From the human T2T-CHM13v2.0 reference genome, Homo sapiens: a stretch of DNA of 64,000 nt. A program made the position numbers and the translations under genes. The first letter of the stretch is position 1, and every line of letters starts with the position of its first letter. The notes under the pieces are model-generated. The model saw only the letters and a list, made by a program, of their open reading frames with translations. It was not told where the DNA came from and ran no database searches. Location of the stretch: the NCBI RefSeq assembly GCF_009914755.1, contig NC_060940.1; one strand, written 5' to 3'. Shown piece by piece: positions 61,069 to 64,000 of the stretch.

Positions 61069-64000
61069 CGATTGCATTCGATTATGATTCATTTCGTGTT
61101 CATTCTATGGTTCCACAGGTTTCCATTCGTGTCCATTCCATTATTCCATTCTATTCCATTTGATGATGATTCCATTCGATTCCATTCATTGGTGATTCCA
61201 CTCAATTCCATTCAATGATTCCATTCCATTTCTTTCAACAATGATTCCATTAGTTTCTAATCGATGATCCACTTGATTCCATTTGACGACGATTCCATTC
61301 TTGTCCATTCGATGATTCCATTTGATTCCATATGATGATGATTCCATTCGATTCCATACCATGATGATTCCATTCGAGTCCATTCAATGGTGATTCCATT
61401 CAATTCCATTCGATGATTCCTTTTGATTCCATTCGATGATGATGGCATTCGATTCCTTTCAATCATTCCCTTTGATTCCATTCAAAGGTGATTTCATTCA
61501 AGTCCATTCGATAATTGCATTCGATTCCATTCTATGATGATTCCATTCGAGTCCATTTGATGATTCCATTCAATTCAAGTCAATGATGATTCCATTCGAT
61601 TCCATTCGATGATTCCATTGGATTCCATTCGATGATGATTCCATTCAAATCCATTCGATAATTCAATTCAAGTCCATTCGATGATGATTCCAATCGAATC
61701 CATTCAAAGATTCCATTCAGTTCCATTCGATGATTCCCTTAGATTCCATTCGATGATTCCACTTGATTGCATTTACGATGATTCCATTCGATTCCATGTG
61801 ATGATTCCATTCAATTCTATTCAATGATGTCTCCATTTGATTCCATTCGACCATGATTGCCTTTGATTCCATTCAATGATTCCATTCGGTTCCGTTTGAT
61901 GATGATTCCGTTCGATTCCATTTGATGATTCCATTTGATTCCATTGGATGAGTCCATTCGATTACATTCGATGATTATTCCATTCGAGTGCATTAGATGA
62001 TTCCATTCGAGTCCATTCGATGATTCCATTCGATTCCATTCGATGTTGATTCTGTTCAAATCCATTCGATGATTCCACTCGATTCCATTCGTTGACTCCA
62101 TTTGATCCCATTCGATGATTTCCTTTGATTCCCTTTGATGATCATTCCATTTGATTCAATTCGGTGATTTCATTTGATTCCATTCAGTGATGTTTCCATT
62201 CGACTCCATTCGATGATGATTCCATTCGACTCCATTCGATTATGATTTCATTCAATTCCATTCGATAATGATTCCCTTCGAGTCCATTCGATGATTCCAT
62301 TCGATTCCATTCAACGATGATTTGATTCGTGTCCATTCGATGATTCCATTTGATTCCACTTGATGATGATTCCATTCGAGTCCATTTGATGATTCCATTC
62401 AATTCCATACTCCGATGATTTCTTTTGAGCCCACTCAATGCTTCCACTCGATTCCATATGATGATGACTCCATTCGATGAAATTCGATGATGATTCCATT
62501 CGCTTGCTTTCGATGATGATTCCACTTGAGTCCGTTAGAAGATTCTATTCAATTACATTCCATGACGATTCCGTTCGAGTCCATTTGATGATTCCATTAG
62601 ACTCCATTCGACGATGATTCCATTCGATGTTATTCGATGATTCCATTCGATCTCATTCGATGATGATTCCATTCAACTCCATTCGATGTTTCCATTCGAG
62701 TTCATTCTATTATTCCATTAGATTCCATTCGATGATGATTCCATTCGATTCCATTTGATGATTGCATTCTATTTCATTTGATGATGATTCCATTCGAGTC
62801 CACTCGATGATTCCATTCGAGTCCATTTAATGAATCCATTGGTTTCAATTCTATGATGATTACATTGGATTCCATTCGTTGATGATTTCATTCGGTTCCA
62901 TTCAATGATGATTCCATTCAATTCCTTTCAATGTTTCCATTCAATTCCATACGATGATGATTCCATTTGATTTGATTCGACAGTGAGCCATTCGATTCAA
63001 TTCCATGATGATTCTATTTGATTCAATTGGTTGACATTTCCATTCGATTCCATTCGATGATGATTCCCTTTGATTCCGTTCAAAGATGATTCCATTCTAG
63101 CCCATTCAATCATTCCATTCGATTCTATTCAATGATGATTCCATTCATGTCGATTTGGTGATTCCATTTGACTTCATTTGATGATGATTCCTTTCAAGTT
63201 CATTAGATGATTCCATTCGATTCCATTTGATGATGATCCCATTCGAGTCCATTCAGTGATTCCATTCGTTTCCATTCCATGATGATTCCATTCCTTTCCA
63301 TTCAATGATTCCATTCGATTCCGTTTGATGATGATTTCATTCGAGTCCATTTGATGATTCCATTTGATTCCATTCGATGATGATTCCATTCGAGTCCATT
63401 CGATGATTCTATTCGAATCCATTTGATGATTTCTTTTGATTATAGTTGGTGATGATTCCATTGGAGTCCATTCAATGATTCCATTCTATTCCAATCGATG
63501 ATGATTCCATTAGAGTCCATTTAATGATTCCATTTGATTCCAGTCTCTGATGATTACATTCGAGTCCATACGATGATTCCACTCAATTCCATATGATGAT
63601 GATTCCATTTGATTCCATTCGGTGATTCCATTCTATTCTATTCAATGGTGATTCCATTCGAGTACATTAGATGATTCCATTCGATTCCATTCAATGATGA
63701 TTCTATTTGTGTCCCTTAGATGATTCCACATGATTCCATTAGATGATGATACTATTTGAGCCCATCCAATGATTCCCTTCGATTCCATTCGATGAGGATT
63801 CCATTCGATTCAATTCATTGGTGATTCTATTCAATTCAATTCTTTGATTCCATTCCATTCCATTCGACAATGATTCCATTCGATTTCTTTCGATGATTCC
63901 ACTCGATTCCACTTGACATTGATTCCATTCGATTCCATTCAATGATTCCATTTGATTCCAGTGGATGATGATTGCCATCGATTCCATTCGATCACTCCAT
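61069..64000 (+). repeat. HSat2 unit 11, partial (first 2932 bp)
   Basis: Offset +61068; truncated by the window end. Confidence 0.95.

Larger units (their letters stand above)
1..64000 (+). repeat. Human Satellite II (HSat2/HSATII) tandem array with 6112-bp higher-order unit, probably HSat2B of 16q11.2
   Basis: Continuous CATTCGATTCCATTCGATGATG/GAGTCCATTC motifs, with CATTC always on the + strand. Unique landmarks (ggttccacaggtttcc, cggtagggtcc, gagtaaactc) and the ORF track recur at 6112-bp spacing (118, 6230, 12342...). Chromosome assignment is inferred from the known ~6.1-kb HSat2 period. Confidence 0.97.

Noticed and set aside
118-63987. About 170 short minus-strand ORFs (MESSSNGIEWNH-type, up to 132 aa)
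   Set aside because: These are translations of the GAATG/GAATC satellite strand, which is ATG-rich and stop-poor. They are low-complexity, overlap in several frames, recur with the DNA period, and are truncated or lost by single variants in some units (e.g. 18454 region, 48058, 60256). No evidence of coding.
1-64000. CRISPR-like repeat/spacer array or prokaryotic repeat system
   Set aside because: No unique spacers and no cas or other genes; all sequence is degenerate monomer
1-64000. Mobile element insertion, inversion or strand switch, alpha satellite/CENP-B box, telomeric repeat
   Set aside because: Unit spacing is constant apart from two 26-bp deletions, leaving no room for insertions. 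CATTC polarity never flips and no such motifs were seen. The 171-bp internal duplication only coincidentally matches the alpha monomer length.
1-64000. HSat3 or chr1-type (1.77-kb) HSat2 assignment
   Set aside because: The CATTCGATTC/GATGATG-dominated monomer is HSat2, not HSat3, and the observed period is 6112 bp rather than 1.77 kb

Overview
The whole 64 kb window is one uninterrupted, single-orientation array of classical Satellite II (HSat2/HSATII). It is built from diverged 23/26-bp monomers, (ATTCCATTCG)2 + (ATG)1-2, organised into a 6112-bp higher-order unit repeated about 10.5 times (10 full units plus a 2932-bp partial). Units are nearly identical by eye. The ~6.1-kb period matches the HSat2B array of human 16q11.2 pericentromeric heterochromatin (from established knowledge, not database-checked). 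There are no genes, RNA genes, mobile elements or CRISPR arrays, and every ORF in the track is a satellite translation artefact. I found no new gene system. The informative structure is in the unit-to-unit variants: an identical one-monomer 26-bp deletion in units 6 and 9, a two-unit (~12.2 kb) periodicity (units 8/10 and 3/5 share private variants), a haplotype switch near 36.6 kb, mosaic units implying recombination or conversion, CpG-biased variation, and older internal duplications inside the unit. All comparisons were manual, so variant lists may be incomplete.
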